NCBI GenBank assembly: GCA_963677925.2
Contig: CAXXYH010000003.1
Coordinates: 928,001 to 992,000 of the forward strand
DNA length: 64,000 nucleotides
Source: Spirochaetia bacterium
GTDB taxonomy: Bacteria > Spirochaetota > Spirochaetia > UBA9216
Direction of reading: 5' to 3'
This document shows positions 49,737-61,476 of the stretch, piece by piece (the first letter of the stretch is position 1; each line of letters opens with the position of its first letter). The position numbers and the translations under genes are program-made. The notes beneath the pieces are model-generated. The model saw only the letters and a program-made list of their open reading frames with translations. It was not told the DNA's origin and ran no database searches.

Positions 49737-49766
49737 ATAGCGGCTTTGAATATTCACAGCCGCTAT
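49737..49766. terminator. Probable bidirectional terminator between hisG and the histidine kinase
   Basis: ATAGCGGCT/AGCCGCTAT stem flanked by A-rich (left) and T-rich (right) sequence. Confidence 0.6.
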
Positions 49767-52700
49767 TTTATTTTCAGCTTACGCAGATTATCCAGAGCCT
49801 TCTCAAAATCATAATTTTCAACACACTTTACAAATTTCCTGAATGCCGGTGTGAACTGCTTATTTCCGGCAGCCTCGATGAAGGTTTCAAGATAGATAAC
49901 TGCCTCTGTGTCATTTTCTGACAGAAGATGCTCCATCTTATCAACCATTTCATTTGTCAAAGAGGGCGCTTTATCATTTTCTGAATCGTGGCCTTCAGGC
50001 TGCAGTTTTATTACATTCTCTTTGATATCGGCAATTAAATCGCTTAGATTCAGATTTACACGTTCAATTAAATAATTGAGCTCATTATTTTCAGCCTTGT
50101 CTCTGCAGGCAGCCTCAAGCTGCGAGGCTGCTTTCCTTACAGCAGTTGCACCTATATTTCCCGAAGAGCCTTTTAGCGAATGAGCAAGACTGGTTGACGC
50201 TTCAGGGCCTTCAGCAAGAGCTTTTTTAAACTGCTCAGAAAAATCATCATACATCTCAACATATTTACCCAGAAGGCGCATATACAGAGCTCTATTGCCC
50301 TGGACCACAAACAATCCTGCCTCTGTATCCAATCCTGGTATATCAATCATTTCGGTTAAAATTCCATCACCTTCTAAAATATCTTCATCGTCGAGTTCAA
50401 TTTTCGTCTTCTGTATCCATTGCCCAAGTACTGAAAACAGCTCTGCTGGATTAACAGGTTTTCCGACATGGTCATTCATTCCGGCTTTAAGTGATTTCTC
50501 TCTATCTCCTGAAAGTACATTTGCTGTCATTGCAATTATAGGAAGGTCTGAATAGGCACTGTTTTCCCTGATTTTACTGGTAGCCTCATAACCGTCCATA
50601 ACAGGAAGCTGACAGTCCATGAGAACACCATCGAACCCCTCTTTAAAAACAAGCTCTACAGCCTCCAGGCCGTTTTCTGCAAGAGTAACATCAATTCCCG
50701 CACTGGAAAGAAGCTCAATAGCTACTTCCTGATTTATTGCATTATCCTCAACAAGTAGTATTCGGGCCCCCTTTAAGCCCGACTTCACAGTATCAAGAAG
50801 CTCCGTATGCATATCAATCCTTCGGGCACTTCTGACTTTGCTGCCTGTCGCAGCAAGAACCGCATCAAGAAGAGATGAGGGCATTATAGGCTTGGAAAGA
50901 TATTCTGCAATATTCTCTACTCCTCGGCTGGCGCTAATAGCATCATCACGGCCGTATGCGGTCATCATTATCACTAACGGTTTGTGTGAAATCTCTTCAG
51001 ATTTATTAATCATTTTTACAGTATCGATGCCGTCCCTGCCGGGCAGATTCCAGTCCATAAGCACAAGATCGAATTTTTTATCCGTTCCGGAAAGTTTTAA
51101 AACCGCCTCTTCAGAAGAGGAAGCAGTATCAATGTCAAATTTAAAACTGACCAGAATTTCAGAGAGAATAAGCAGAGAAGTAGAGTTATCATCAACGATA
51201 AGGATTTTTAGTTCATCAATACTGCTGTGATCAGGAAATCGCTCATGTTCATCTTCCTGTCTGGCAAGATTCACAGTGAAGTGAAATGTACTGCCCTTGC
51301 CGGCTTCACTATCCACCCAGATTTCACCATCCATTAACTGAGTGAGTTTCCTGCAGATAGCAAGCCCGAGACCGGTGCCGCCATACTTTCTGGTTGTGGA
51401 AGTATCCGCCTGACTGAACTGCTTAAAGAGCTTATTCTGCTGTTCAACTGTCAAACCGATGCCAGTGTCACGGACCCAGAAATGATACTCGCAGCTTTTC
51501 CCGGTACAGTCATCAGCCCTCACCCCGATGACTATCTCACCTTTTTCGGTGAATTTAACAGCGTTATTGGCAAGGTTAATCAGGATCTGCTCAAGCCTTA
51601 GAGGATCTCCGTTAAGAGCAGTTGGTGTTGAAGGTGATATGTCAAACATAAGCTCAAGACCTGAATCTTCGATTCGATAGCTTATTATATTGGCAAGATT
51701 CTCAAAAACATCCTCAAGAAAGAAATCAATATTTTCCAAATCAATTTTACCGGCTTCGATTTTTGAAAAATCAAGAATATCATTAAGGATCCCCAGCAGA
51801 TTTTCTGCAGCACGGTAGACCTTTGATATATAGCCCTGCTGCTTAGGGTTAAGTCCTGACTGCATTGCCAGATGCGACAGTCCGATTATAGCATTCATGG
51901 GAGTTCTGATTTCATGGGACATGTTGGCAAGGAAGTCTGATTTCACCCTGGTGGCCTCTTCCGCAGCTTCCTTTGCTTCTGCAAGCTCGAGCTCAGCCTT
52001 TTTACGCATGGTGATATCTTCAAGCAGGCCGTCAATAGTAATTATATTTCCATCATCATCAAAAACAGGGTGATGGGCGATCATCAGGGTTCTGATATCA
52101 CCATCAGGATGACGGAATTCCATCTCAAACTGATTAAAAAGGCTTGTGCCGTCGTAGAATGTTTTAACGTATTCAGCTGCGCGTTCTACAGAACCGGGCA
52201 TCCAGTCAAATTTCTCCTGCCATAACTCCCCGATAACCTCTTCTTTGGAAACGCCGAATACCGTACTTACTCCCTCACTTGCAAATTTCAGAACACCATT
52301 TATATCGTGGCTGAAAATAAGGAATTTGGCACCCAGTTCATCAATGAGGCGCTCATATTTCATACGGCTTTGACGAAGCTCATCTTCCATCTGCTTTCTT
52401 TCGGTAATATCAACATTCCATCCAAGAATCCCGGGTTTACCGTCATAATCGAATGGATAAACTGAAAGCAGAACATCCCTTATCCCGTCAAAACCGTTCA
52501 ATCTGGTTTCAAAATTCGGACAGTATCCGTTTGACCGGAATATTCTGAAAACTTCATCGTGATCGGCTTTATCTGTATAAACGTCGGCTGCCAATTCACC
52601 CACTTCCATTCCCATCAGCCTCATTGTTGAATTGGCATAAACGGTCTTTTCATCGACAACAATACCGACGCCTACAGGACTTGATTCAAGGATGGTTGCC

Positions 52701-54529
52701 AGATTTTCCTTTTCACGTTCAACAGACTGCTGCACCAATAGTTCTGCAGTTATATCCCTTGCCATTGCAACAATATACTTCTCATTTTCAATTTCAGTTT
52801 CGCTCGCAGCAATCTCAATGGAAAAATGAATATCACCCTTTTTAAGCGCAGAAATCTGATGCCGCCTGCCGAGAAATATCGGCTCACTCCCGTTTCTGAA
52901 ATTCTCAAGAGCCGTATGAACTCTTGATCGATGGGGTTCAGAAAGGAGCATTTCAAAATTGGTCCCTAATATCTCCTCAGATTTATAATCAAAGAGCTCT
53001 TCGGCTGAAGGACTGAAGAATGTTATTACACCGAAATGGTCCATAACTATTATACCGTTCATCGCGGTATCAAGAATTGACTTAAGCCTTGCAGTTCGTT
53101 CTGCAACTCGTTCTTCAAGCACAACTCTAGACTGCTCAAGTTCTCTTGTAGCCTTTTCCAGCTCAGTAATATCTGTAAAGGTTTCAAGTATGTATTGCTT
53201 TCCATGCCGTTCAATACGGCTGACAGATTTAATTACAGGTATTTGGGTTCCATCTTTTGAAAAAATTGTGTGCCTTATATTCTGAAAAGTACTGCTGCCG
53301 AAATCCCGGTAGCATATTCCGTTTTCGGGACAGGTAATACCCTTGCATCGATGACCGATAACATCTATCCGCTCACGCCCGAGAAGCTTAAGAGCATGCA
53401 TATTGATTTCTTCAATCTTACTGGTTTCCGGATCAATAAGGTATACACCGGTCGGTATTGAATTAAGAAGTCTGGTAAGAAACTCTTCATTAGTTACAAG
53501 CGTCATACGCGATTCTTCGATGGTATCCAGCATGGAATTTATTCCAATGCTCAAGCTGGCAATTTCATCATTACCGGAGGCAGAGATTCGTTTAGTAAAA
53601 TCCCTCTCCTCAGACAATTTGGTGAGTTCAGTTGAGATTCCAACGATCCGTCTGATGATATTTTTTTCAATAAAACGAAAGGCTACCGTGGAAACAAGGA
53701 CAAGAATCAGTATGATAATTGTTGCATATATGACTACTCCAAACCGGACGCTGTTAAATTTACTGCCGTCATCAATTATTTCAAGACTGAAATTTTTACG
53801 GCCCAGTAAATCCTTATAAATAACAGATGCGTGAGCATCCCTTACAGAATCTACATAAAAATTTATCAGAGTTCCGGGAATATAATCCTGCGTTGAAGTT
53901 ATATCAACGCTGTTAAGCATCAGCTTGAACCCCAGTATCTTTTCGTAACTGCCAAGCACCTCATTGGTAAGTGACGATATGAATAACATCCAGCCGCGCT
54001 GCTCACCTATTCCGCTGTTTTTAAATATCGGCCTTCTTACAATCAGATAAATATCTCCGTCTGTACCTTCAGCAAGACCGCCGCTTGTTCCGGTCTGCGA
54101 ATCAATAACAGGATACTTTGTTCTGAAATAGGATGCCGATGTAAAGTTCAGATCAGATACAGAATTTGATTCTGCATCGATAAAATCAGTGTAAACAGGA
54201 TTAAGCTTATCATCCAGAAACACGATTCCCCTGAGTTCAAGATATGAAAAATATTCGACATCAAGATTCTCTTCCTGATATTCAGTATTAAAATCTCCGG
54301 CGAATTCCCAGGTATCATCCCAATAAGCATAATCACGAAGGGTGTTATCAATCGTAATCATCCTGAATTTAAGAAAGGTATCAAACTGTTCTGCATTTTT
54401 TTGAATTTCAGTTTTCTGTAAATCCTGAATCATTCTTTCAACAGCAATTCTTATTAGAAACATTTGAATCGTAATAATCGAGATAAGAGCAATTGTGAAA
54501 CCGATTCTGATGAATTTTTTTATACGCAA
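49763..54529 (-). CDS. Hybrid sensor histidine kinase (CHASE4-HAMP-multiple PAS-HisKA-HATPase-REC-REC-Hpt)
   Basis: DYAYWDDTW (CHASE4), GNDEIASL (HAMP), [36 protein letters not shown], two VLMD receivers, [13 protein letters not shown] (Hpt). Confidence 0.93.
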   Translation of the reverse strand: MRIKKFIRIGFTIALISIITIQMFLIRIAVERMIQDLQKTEIQKNAEQFDTFLKFRMITIDNTLRDYAYWDDTWEFAGDFNTEYQEENLDVEYFSYLELRGIVFLDDKLNPVYTDFIDAESNSVSDLNFTSASYFRTKYPVIDSQTGTSGGLAEGTDGDIYLIVRRPIFKNSGIGEQRGWMLFISSLTNEVLGSYEKILGFKLMLNSVDITSTQDYIPGTLINFYVDSVRDAHASVIYKDLLGRKNFSLEIIDDGSKFNSVRFGVVIYATIIILILVLVSTVAFRFIEKNIIRRIVGISTELTKLSEERDFTKRISASGNDEIASLSIGINSMLDTIEESRMTLVTNEEFLTRLLNSIPTGVYLIDPETSKIEEINMHALKLLGRERIDVIGHRCKGITCPENGICYRDFGSSTFQNIRHTIFSKDGTQIPVIKSVSRIERHGKQYILETFTDITELEKATRELEQSRVVLEERVAERTARLKSILDTAMNGIIVMDHFGVITFFSPSAEELFDYKSEEILGTNFEMLLSEPHRSRVHTALENFRNGSEPIFLGRRHQISALKKGDIHFSIEIAASETEIENEKYIVAMARDITAELLVQQSVEREKENLATILESSPVGVGIVVDEKTVYANSTMRLMGMEVGELAADVYTDKADHDEVFRIFRSNGYCPNFETRLNGFDGIRDVLLSVYPFDYDGKPGILGWNVDITERKQMEDELRQSRMKYERLIDELGAKFLIFSHDINGVLKFASEGVSTVFGVSKEEVIGELWQEKFDWMPGSVERAAEYVKTFYDGTSLFNQFEMEFRHPDGDIRTLMIAHHPVFDDDGNIITIDGLLEDITMRKKAELELAEAKEAAEEATRVKSDFLANMSHEIRTPMNAIIGLSHLAMQSGLNPKQQGYISKVYRAAENLLGILNDILDFSKIEAGKIDLENIDFFLEDVFENLANIISYRIEDSGLELMFDISPSTPTALNGDPLRLEQILINLANNAVKFTEKGEIVIGVRADDCTGKSCEYHFWVRDTGIGLTVEQQNKLFKQFSQADTSTTRKYGGTGLGLAICRKLTQLMDGEIWVDSEAGKGSTFHFTVNLARQEDEHERFPDHSSIDELKILIVDDNSTSLLILSEILVSFKFDIDTASSSEEAVLKLSGTDKKFDLVLMDWNLPGRDGIDTVKMINKSEEISHKPLVIMMTAYGRDDAISASRGVENIAEYLSKPIMPSSLLDAVLAATGSKVRSARRIDMHTELLDTVKSGLKGARILLVEDNAINQEVAIELLSSAGIDVTLAENGLEAVELVFKEGFDGVLMDCQLPVMDGYEATSKIRENSAYSDLPIIAMTANVLSGDREKSLKAGMNDHVGKPVNPAELFSVLGQWIQKTKIELDDEDILEGDGILTEMIDIPGLDTEAGLFVVQGNRALYMRLLGKYVEMYDDFSEQFKKALAEGPEASTSLAHSLKGSSGNIGATAVRKAASQLEAACRDKAENNELNYLIERVNLNLSDLIADIKENVIKLQPEGHDSENDKAPSLTNEMVDKMEHLLSENDTEAVIYLETFIEAAGNKQFTPAFRKFVKCVENYDFEKALDNLRKLKIK

Positions 54530-55579
54530 TTATTTCTCCGGAAAACTGCCATGATGATCTGAATTACTATCCTTAATTTTGATAATTTCATCCAGGTTAT
54601 CCAGAAAAGTTTCTATAAGTACAGGATCAAAATGCCTTCCGCTTTCATCCCGCAGCAGATCTACAGCCCGCTCAACTGTCCAGGCTTCCTTGTACGGCCG
54701 TACACTTGTCAGGGCGTCAAAAACATCGGCTACGGCAGCTATTCTGCCTATTATAGGTATTTTCTCACCGGCCAGCCGGTTGGGATAGCCGGTTCCATCC
54801 CATTTTTCATGATGAGTCAGGGCTACTTCCCTTGCAGCCTGAAGCATTGAATCATCATGTTCTCCTATGATATCGGCTCCGAACTGGGCATGCTTCTGCA
54901 TTATAATTATCTCATCATCCGTCAGCCTGCCGGGTTTCTGCAGGATCTTATCCGGAATACCGATTTTACCTACATCGTGCATTGGAGTAGCATTAAGAAT
55001 GATATCAGTTTCAATACGGGGAAGACCTATTCCTTTGGCTAGAACATGACAGTAGTAGCTCATACGTTCAACATGAAGCCCGGTTTCATTATCCTTGTAT
55101 TCAGAGGCAAGCCCCAGCCTTCGGATTATTTCAAAACGGCTGCGGGCAAGTGCCGTAGTACGTTCAGCAACCTTTCGTTCAAGCTCCCTGTTCTGATCAT
55201 AAAGAGCAAGGTGATTTTTAACCCGTGCCAGTACGATGGGAGGACTGACAGGCTTTGTAATGTAGTCTGAAGCACCGTAATCAAAGCCTGTCTTTTCATC
55301 TTCGACCTCGCCGAGAGCGGTGATGAAAATTATTGGAATGTGCCTTGTCCTTATATCTTTTTTTAGAGTTTTACATACTTCGTATCCATCAAGTTCGGGC
55401 ATCATTATATCCAGCAGAATCAGATCCGGTGGCGTATCAAAGGCTATTTTTATAGCTTTATTACCGCTGTTTGCAGCCTTTACCTTGTAGTTCCCGGCAA
55501 GGATACTTGAAAGCAATGAGATATTATCCGGCATGTCATCTACAACAAGGATTGTCTGTTTCTGCTGTTTAGAATTCAT
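54530..55579 (-). CDS. Response regulator with HD-GYP c-di-GMP phosphodiesterase domain (RpfG-like)
   Basis: REC (LVVDD, LLDIMMP, KP); HDVGKIG, HHEKWDGTGYP; start at ATG 55579 from TTGCAA-N17-TATATT-N6-ATG. Confidence 0.93.
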   Translation of the reverse strand: MNSKQQKQTILVVDDMPDNISLLSSILAGNYKVKAANSGNKAIKIAFDTPPDLILLDIMMPELDGYEVCKTLKKDIRTRHIPIIFITALGEVEDEKTGFDYGASDYITKPVSPPIVLARVKNHLALYDQNRELERKVAERTTALARSRFEIIRRLGLASEYKDNETGLHVERMSYYCHVLAKGIGLPRIETDIILNATPMHDVGKIGIPDKILQKPGRLTDDEIIIMQKHAQFGADIIGEHDDSMLQAAREVALTHHEKWDGTGYPNRLAGEKIPIIGRIAAVADVFDALTSVRPYKEAWTVERAVDLLRDESGRHFDPVLIETFLDNLDEIIKIKDSNSDHHGSFPEK

Positions 55580-55660
55580 ACAACAAATATATTTTATTAG
55601 GGGGGAATTTGCAAGAAAATCAGCCCATAACCTGGATATATAGCTACAGCTATATAAAAC

Positions 55661-55685
55661 AAAAAGGAATCCCATAAGGGATTCC
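55661..55685 (-). terminator. Intrinsic terminator of the AAA-like ATPase gene
   Basis: GGAATCCC/GGGATTCC stem, A5 on +. Confidence 0.7.
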
Positions 55686-55729
55686 CTGTCATCTATTATT
55701 CAGGCAGATTATAAATATCGTTTTCTGGC

Positions 55730-57310
55730 TTACATACCCCAGATTTCAATTTCACCGCCGTCGAATCTGCTGACCTGATGAAAGGCTTTTCTTTCATATG
55801 ATTTCATTCCCATAGGGTAAAAAAGAACCAGATGACCATTGCTGAGACCGTGCTCCTTCATCTCTTCCTGGAGAAAGGGTACAGCTGCATTCATTGTAGA
55901 TTTTACTGATGAACTGATATCACGTGACGAAACAATGAAGGTCTGATCTTCCATTCCATGCGGCCAGTTGAGCACAAGGCTTATCTGATTTCTTGAGATA
56001 CCGTAATACCGTGTAATGCTTCCGCCTCCGTCAATAATTCTCTGCAGATAAGCCTGCAGAAACAGATGTGAGCCGGCTTCACGGTAGAGAAACTGCTCAT
56101 TCCAGCTGGGCGCATGCTTACGGAAGAAGGGCTGGAAGGTTCTCATAATTTCATGGATGTTAAGGTTCGCATTTTCATCAAGGTAATTAGCCAGATCGTA
56201 TCTGATGATACGCTTTGTCGGGTTAACAAGGGCCCGGGGAATAATTTCATGATAAATAGGATTTGCAATATCAATCATGCCTGAATTATTAAGCTGAATT
56301 ATTCCGAGTTCAGTCAGATACCTTAAGTCATCATCACTCAGTTCCTCCGGAAAGTCCGAACCAATCAGAATCGGGGTAATTACCTTTCTTACACGGTCTT
56401 CTTTCAGCCTGTCCATCAGTGATTTTATATGGATTTCCTGTCTCTGAATGATGTTTTCCATGGCTTCATCAACTTCAATCTTTGTGATCTTTTTGATATT
56501 GGCTTTTCGTGGAACCATCTCTTCAACAATTTCGTATGCTATCGCATTTACAAGCCAGGGCTGCCCTCTTGTTATTTCATAAAGACGTTTCGCAGCATCT
56601 TCACTGAAGTCAATTTCACGATCCTTTTTAAGATCCTGCAGAACATTTTCAATTTCCGGCTGGGTTAGCGTTGAAAGTTCAATAGATTTCGCTTCAATAT
56701 TGAAAAGATCTCCGCCGGTTATATCCTTGTCATCATCCTTCTGAACAATCTTATACCTGATATCCTCAACACCGCATAGAATAATACTCTGCGGAAAGAG
56801 TTTCGGGCGCTTGTCAAAACCGGCTCTTAACTGCTTGAGAAAAGAAGCAAGGACATCTCCCTCAAGTTTATCCACCTCGTCAATCAAAAGAACAATGGGT
56901 TTTTCAGAGTTCTTGGACCAGAGGGTAAGTAGCTCATTAAGCGCGAATCCCGGCCCCTTTTGCTGCAGAAGCTCAAGCCCCTTCTCTTCCGGATATGAGT
57001 CGTCAAGATAGTCTCTGGCTCTGGATGCCAGTTCGAATATTATACTTTTAAAACACTCACCCGGATTATCCAGGTAGAGGACCGAAGGCTCAACATTGAG
57101 ATACAGGGCTTTAACATCACCCTTTTTATTAAGTTCATTTGCAATTGCAAGCAGCAGACTTGTTTTACCAGTCTGCCTGGGTGCATGAAGCACAAAATAT
57201 TTCTTCTGTTCAATTAAACGTAAAATATCTTTAACCTGGGGTCTTTCAAGCAGGTTTACAGCATAATGATCTTCAAAGTTGACAGGTCCTGCAGTATTAA
57301 AAAACAACAT
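55730..57310 (-). CDS. AAA-like (AAA_35-type) P-loop ATPase with a degenerate C-terminal PD-(D/E)XK-like domain
   Basis: FFNTAGP, HAPRQTGKT Walker A, LLIDEVD Walker B, T.GQPWLVNA, ANPIY.E, LQAYLQRII.GGG. Confidence 0.85.
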   Translation of the reverse strand: MLFFNTAGPVNFEDHYAVNLLERPQVKDILRLIEQKKYFVLHAPRQTGKTSLLLAIANELNKKGDVKALYLNVEPSVLYLDNPGECFKSIIFELASRARDYLDDSYPEEKGLELLQQKGPGFALNELLTLWSKNSEKPIVLLIDEVDKLEGDVLASFLKQLRAGFDKRPKLFPQSIILCGVEDIRYKIVQKDDDKDITGGDLFNIEAKSIELSTLTQPEIENVLQDLKKDREIDFSEDAAKRLYEITRGQPWLVNAIAYEIVEEMVPRKANIKKITKIEVDEAMENIIQRQEIHIKSLMDRLKEDRVRKVITPILIGSDFPEELSDDDLRYLTELGIIQLNNSGMIDIANPIYHEIIPRALVNPTKRIIRYDLANYLDENANLNIHEIMRTFQPFFRKHAPSWNEQFLYREAGSHLFLQAYLQRIIDGGGSITRYYGISRNQISLVLNWPHGMEDQTFIVSSRDISSSVKSTMNAAVPFLQEEMKEHGLSNGHLVLFYPMGMKSYERKAFHQVSRFDGGEIEIWGM

Positions 57311-57376
57311 ATATCATTCCTATATTCAAATTAATCCATTCATACTATAACACTTAGTGGTTTTTTCGTCATCCAT

Positions 57377-58231
57377 TTAAAAAATAACTATAACTTTCTG
57401 CTCCCGAAGCTTTTCTATCAGACTTCTGTCAGATACCGGATTTCCAATCAGGTTAACAAATTTAAGTTCAGCAAGATTAAGTAAGGGACTGATATCTTCA
57501 ATATCATTGTCGGAAAGCTCGATAATCTCAAGAAAATCCATCCCTGACAGCGGTGAAAGGTCTGAAATCCGGTTTGAAGCAGCATAAAGTTCTTCAAGCT
57601 GATGAAGTTCTGCCAGATCATGGATATTGGATATATCATTTCCCGAAATATTCAGTATCCTGACATTACGGCAGTATTCAAGCCCCTCCGTATCCTCAAA
57701 ACCGTAGCCCGAGACATCCAGAACACCGTCAATCTGGCCCAGATCCGAAGCATCAACCGGGTACGGATGATTGCCAAAAATTTCAGATTTGACAGCGGCA
57801 ATAAAATCATTATCCGCGAAATCAGAATCGTAATACTCATCCTCGTCGGCACTGAAACCCATTGATGCATCAGCATCATTGTAAAATACTTCTGAATAGT
57901 CAAAGTCAAAGCGTTTCTGCCGTTCTTCGGCCACCCTTAGCTTCAGCTCAAGAAGTTTTCTGATAGCTGACAGCCGGCCGGTGTCTGAGGTACGGCATGC
58001 AGTCTCAAAATCATCCGACAGAGCAGAGAAGCGATCAGGATGAACCGCTTTTATAAGAGTGTAAAAAAGGTTTTTACGACTCTTACCCTCGGTATTGATC
58101 CCGAGAGTCCCTGCAGCAGAGCTGATGAAAATATCGTCGCCGGCCCTGTATGCATTTATAACGGTAGTGGAAATCTGCTCCAGCTTTTTTCTGCTCAGGT
58201 TCTTTCTGATAAATTCCGCGTTTTCGCGCAT
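57377..58231 (-). CDS. Leucine-rich repeat protein with an N-terminal HPD-containing helical domain
   Basis: Five internalin-like LRRs (L..L.L..N.I.DI..L); IKAVHPDR; SD GGAGG. Confidence 0.8.
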   Translation of the reverse strand: MRENAEFIRKNLSRKKLEQISTTVINAYRAGDDIFISSAAGTLGINTEGKSRKNLFYTLIKAVHPDRFSALSDDFETACRTSDTGRLSAIRKLLELKLRVAEERQKRFDFDYSEVFYNDADASMGFSADEDEYYDSDFADNDFIAAVKSEIFGNHPYPVDASDLGQIDGVLDVSGYGFEDTEGLEYCRNVRILNISGNDISNIHDLAELHQLEELYAASNRISDLSPLSGMDFLEIIELSDNDIEDISPLLNLAELKFVNLIGNPVSDRSLIEKLREQKVIVIF

Positions 58232-58246
58232 TATACCTCCGGTATT

Positions 58247-58876
58247 TCAGTTTCTGTTATCTACAGTTATATCACTGTTTTTATTCAAAAACTCTTTAAT
58301 TTCTTCGGCGGAATTAAGATTAGTGAACACTTCCCAATCGTTTGTAAGTTTATTGATCTCATTGTAAGACAGGTATTCTGTATTAACTGTTTTATGAAAA
58401 GCAGCAAGTGCCCGACCGCCGTTTTCTATAAATTCTAAAAGATTCTCTGTGATTGTATTGCTGTAAATGGAATTAAAAGGCTCAGGTCTATTCATTGAAT
58501 CGGAACTGGACAAAATATCTATTTCTGAGATGGAAAATTTATTAACAATAAATCTGATAAACTGAGGAGAAACATAGGGCATATCACAGGCTGTTAAAAA
58601 GACAGGTTTACCAAGATAGTTCAATGCAGAATACAGCCCGCCTGCCGGTCCGTTGTTTCTCAGGGTGTCGCTGATAACCTGAAAATCCCAGTCAGTGTAC
58701 AGCTCCGGTGTATTTGATATTATCAGAATTTCAGGAAAAATCACTTCAAGAATCTTCCCTATATAAACAGCTGCAGGCATGCCCTTGATCAGCAGCTGCT
58801 GTTTGTCAAAACCTGCCCGGCGGCTTTTACCGCCGGCAAGGATCACTGCGGTTTTACATAAATCTTCGTTATACAT
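58247..58876 (-). CDS. mobA: Molybdenum cofactor guanylyltransferase
   Basis: ILAGGKSRRAGFDK, GPAGGLYSAL, ACDMP, EPF, FTNLNS. Confidence 0.88.
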   Translation of the reverse strand: MYNEDLCKTAVILAGGKSRRAGFDKQQLLIKGMPAAVYIGKILEVIFPEILIISNTPELYTDWDFQVISDTLRNNGPAGGLYSALNYLGKPVFLTACDMPYVSPQFIRFIVNKFSISEIDILSSSDSMNRPEPFNSIYSNTITENLLEFIENGGRALAAFHKTVNTEYLSYNEINKLTNDWEVFTNLNSAEEIKEFLNKNSDITVDNRN

Positions 58877-58918
58877 ATACTGGAGCCATGATATAATTAT
58901 TCAGGAGGTTCCTGCAAT

Positions 58919-59833
58919 ATGAAAGACTATGGATTTACTGCTCTTGACGGCACTGAAATTTACGCAGCACTATGGGAATGCCCTTCCCCGAAGGCGGTTG
59001 TACAGCTAATTCACGGGATGGCGGAACAGATCAGCCGCTACAATGATTTTGCCTTATACCTTAATTCACTGGGAATTGCTGTTGCCGGTGAAGATCACAG
59101 AGGGCATGGAAAAACAGCCGGATCACTTGAAAACGCCGGGTGGATCGCTGAAACTGAAGGCTGGCAGAAAATGGTCGGCGACAATATTCAGCTGGGCAAT
59201 AAGCTTAGAAAGAATTACCCTGATCTTCCGTTTTATATCATTGGTCACAGCATGGGTTCATTTATTGCACGGAATCTGATTGCAGATAATCCTGAAAGCA
59301 TAGATAGAGTGATACTTTCAGGAACCGGATGGTTTGAGAGTTCCCAGACTGCCCCCTTAAGAATGATCGCAAAAATGCAGAAAGCCTTTCAAGGTTCAAA
59401 AGCCAGAGCAAAGCTCATAGACAAGCTTGCTTTCGGAGGAAACAACAAGCAGTTTAATCCGGGCCGGACCGGATTTGAATGGCTGAGCAGGGACGAAGAA
59501 CAGGTGGACCTGTATGTGGCTGATCCGTATTGCGGGTTTGTCGCGACAGCAGGATTCTATGTTGATTTTGCAGAAGGTCTGGATATCATTTCAAATGAGC
59601 AGACTTTCAGAAAAACACCGGCAGATCTGCCGATACTGCTGTACTCCGGTGAAAATGATCCAGTCGGAGGAAATGGTGCCGGTGTAAAGAAAGTATTTGA
59701 AATGTATAAGAACACCGGTCACAGCAGGGCAGAGATGATGCTTAACCCCGGCGGGCGGCATGAAAGCCTTAATGAAACCAACAGGACCGAGGTATATAAG
59801 ATATTTGCCGACTGGCTCAGCGGAAATTCCTGA
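58919..59833 (+). CDS. Alpha/beta hydrolase (lysophospholipase L2-like)
   Basis: HGMAE, DHRGHG, GHSMGS, GENDPV, RHESLNE. Confidence 0.9.
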   Translation: MKDYGFTALDGTEIYAALWECPSPKAVVQLIHGMAEQISRYNDFALYLNSLGIAVAGEDHRGHGKTAGSLENAGWIAETEGWQKMVGDNIQLGNKLRKNYPDLPFYIIGHSMGSFIARNLIADNPESIDRVILSGTGWFESSQTAPLRMIAKMQKAFQGSKARAKLIDKLAFGGNNKQFNPGRTGFEWLSRDEEQVDLYVADPYCGFVATAGFYVDFAEGLDIISNEQTFRKTPADLPILLYSGENDPVGGNGAGVKKVFEMYKNTGHSRAEMMLNPGGRHESLNETNRTEVYKIFADWLSGNS

Positions 59834-60869
59834 GCAGATTTTCTTTAAAGGGCGGACTCACTATTCCGTTCTCTGTAATAAACCCCGTAATAAGGCTGCT
59901 GGGTGTAACATCAAAGGCGGGGTTTCTTACCTGGATCCCCTCCGGTCCTGTGCGCCTGGCACCGAAACTTGTAACCTCATCAGGGTCACGTTCCTCAATA
60001 ACAATGCCTTCGCCGTCAGGAGTGTTCAGGTCAAAGGTTGATGATGGACAGGCCACATAAAACGGAATATTAAAGTGGGAAGCCAGGATAGCGACCCCCA
60101 TAGTCCCTATTTTATTAGCGGTGTCACCATTGGCGGCAACCCTGTCTGTTCCTACAATAACAAGGTGTATAAAACCCTTTGACATCATATAAGCTGCCAT
60201 ATCATCACATATGAGCGTTGCATCGAGGCCTGCCTGCTGAAGCTCCCAGGCGGTTAATCGTGCTCCCTGCAGAAGGGGTCGTGTCTCATCTGCGTATACC
60301 TTGAAGTTAACACCATCCTCATGAGCAAGGTACATCGGAGCGGTAGCAGTTCCCAGTTCGGAGGCACAGAGATGCCCGGCATTGCAGTGAGTCAGAACTC
60401 CCATTCCATCCTTGATAAGCCCTTTTCCATTCCGGCCTATTCCGTAGCAGAGTTCAGTGTCTTCCTTATGGATGGCAACAGCTTCCTGCTCAAGCACCTC
60501 ATATATCCTGACGGGACTCATCCCCTCACATGATTCCGCCTTAGCGACCATCCGCTTAAGTCCCCAGCTCAGATTCACGGCAGTGGGCCGGGATGAATCA
60601 AGGTATGCCGCTTTTTCCTTCAGCTTCTCGATAAAAACTTCAGTGGAGTTGTTTAGAATCTCGCGTGCACCGTAGAGCAGACCGTAAGCGCCTGCCACAC
60701 CAATAGCGGGAGCTCCTCTTACCTTCAGTTTTTTAATGGAATCCCATACCTGCTCAATACTCTGCTGAGGTTCATTTACAAGCTCAAGAGGAAGTTTAGT
60801 CTGATCAATAATTGTAAGTATTCCATCCTTCCATGAAAGTGTTTTTGCGAGGTCTGAATATCCGGCCAT
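59817..60869 (-). CDS. mtnA: S-methyl-5-thioribose-1-phosphate isomerase
   Basis: IDQTKLP, VRGAPAIG, SRPTAVNL, LTHCNAG, DETRPLLQGARLT, GDTANKIGT, NPAFDVTP. Confidence 0.95.
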   Translation of the reverse strand: MAGYSDLAKTLSWKDGILTIIDQTKLPLELVNEPQQSIEQVWDSIKKLKVRGAPAIGVAGAYGLLYGAREILNNSTEVFIEKLKEKAAYLDSSRPTAVNLSWGLKRMVAKAESCEGMSPVRIYEVLEQEAVAIHKEDTELCYGIGRNGKGLIKDGMGVLTHCNAGHLCASELGTATAPMYLAHEDGVNFKVYADETRPLLQGARLTAWELQQAGLDATLICDDMAAYMMSKGFIHLVIVGTDRVAANGDTANKIGTMGVAILASHFNIPFYVACPSSTFDLNTPDGEGIVIEERDPDEVTSFGARRTGPEGIQVRNPAFDVTPSSLITGFITENGIVSPPFKENLLRNFR

Positions 60870-60907
60870 CAGTTTCTCCAGGTTTTTATTTTAATTCATA
60901 CTATCAT

Positions 60908-60935
60908 AAAAAAATCCCCTTTTCAGGGGATTTTT
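60908..60935 (-). terminator. Intrinsic terminator
   Basis: AAAAATCCCCT-TTTC-AGGGGATTTTT. Confidence 0.75.
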
Positions 60936-60972
60936 CATATAACAGATTTATCGATGAAATACGTCTGACTGC

Positions 60973-61476
60973 CTATAGAGCAAATCTGACGCCGATACCG
61001 CTGCAGTATGCGCTGCCTACACTGGTATTCTCAAGAAAAATCCACATATTTTCATTCATCAACCATGCAAGCTGTTCAATATGTGCAAATCCTAGAGGAA
61101 AGCCTGAAGTGGTATAGTATCCGAGACCGAGACCGATGTTGAAATCAAAATCAAGCCCCTCACCCAGACTGAATCCCTTGTGCAGTGTACCAAGACCGCC
61201 TACACCAAAATCAAATCCGCTGAAAAAGCCAAAATCCATTACAGCTCTTGCGGCAACTCCCCATTCGAGAGGAAAATCTTCGATATCGATGATACCTACG
61301 ATATATTCAGCTCCGGCTGCCGCGGCAAGTCCGCCGCCCCAGCCAACAGTTACATTCGCATTTATCTGCCCCGGTGCATTAAAGTCAGTGTCAAAAGTGA
61401 AATCTACATCATCAGCAAATAGCTGACCGGCAACTGCAACTGAAAGAAGCAGCATAATAAGTAACGCTTTTTTCAT
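60973..61476 (-). CDS. Probable small outer-membrane beta-barrel protein
   Basis: Signal peptide MKKALLIMLLL...; Gly/aromatic alternating strands; ends GIGVRFAL; SD GGAG. Confidence 0.6.
   Translation of the reverse strand: MKKALLIMLLLSVAVAGQLFADDVDFTFDTDFNAPGQINANVTVGWGGGLAAAAGAEYIVGIIDIEDFPLEWGVAARAVMDFGFFSGFDFGVGGLGTLHKGFSLGEGLDFDFNIGLGLGYYTTSGFPLGFAHIEQLAWLMNENMWIFLENTSVGSAYCSGIGVRFAL

Noticed and set aside
54530-55675. Extended N-termini in the ORF track (also 1546, 15120, 29586, 31820, 31869, 63713)
   Set aside because: SD or promoter positions and domain boundaries support downstream ATGs; the longer versions run through promoters, terminators or neighbouring genes
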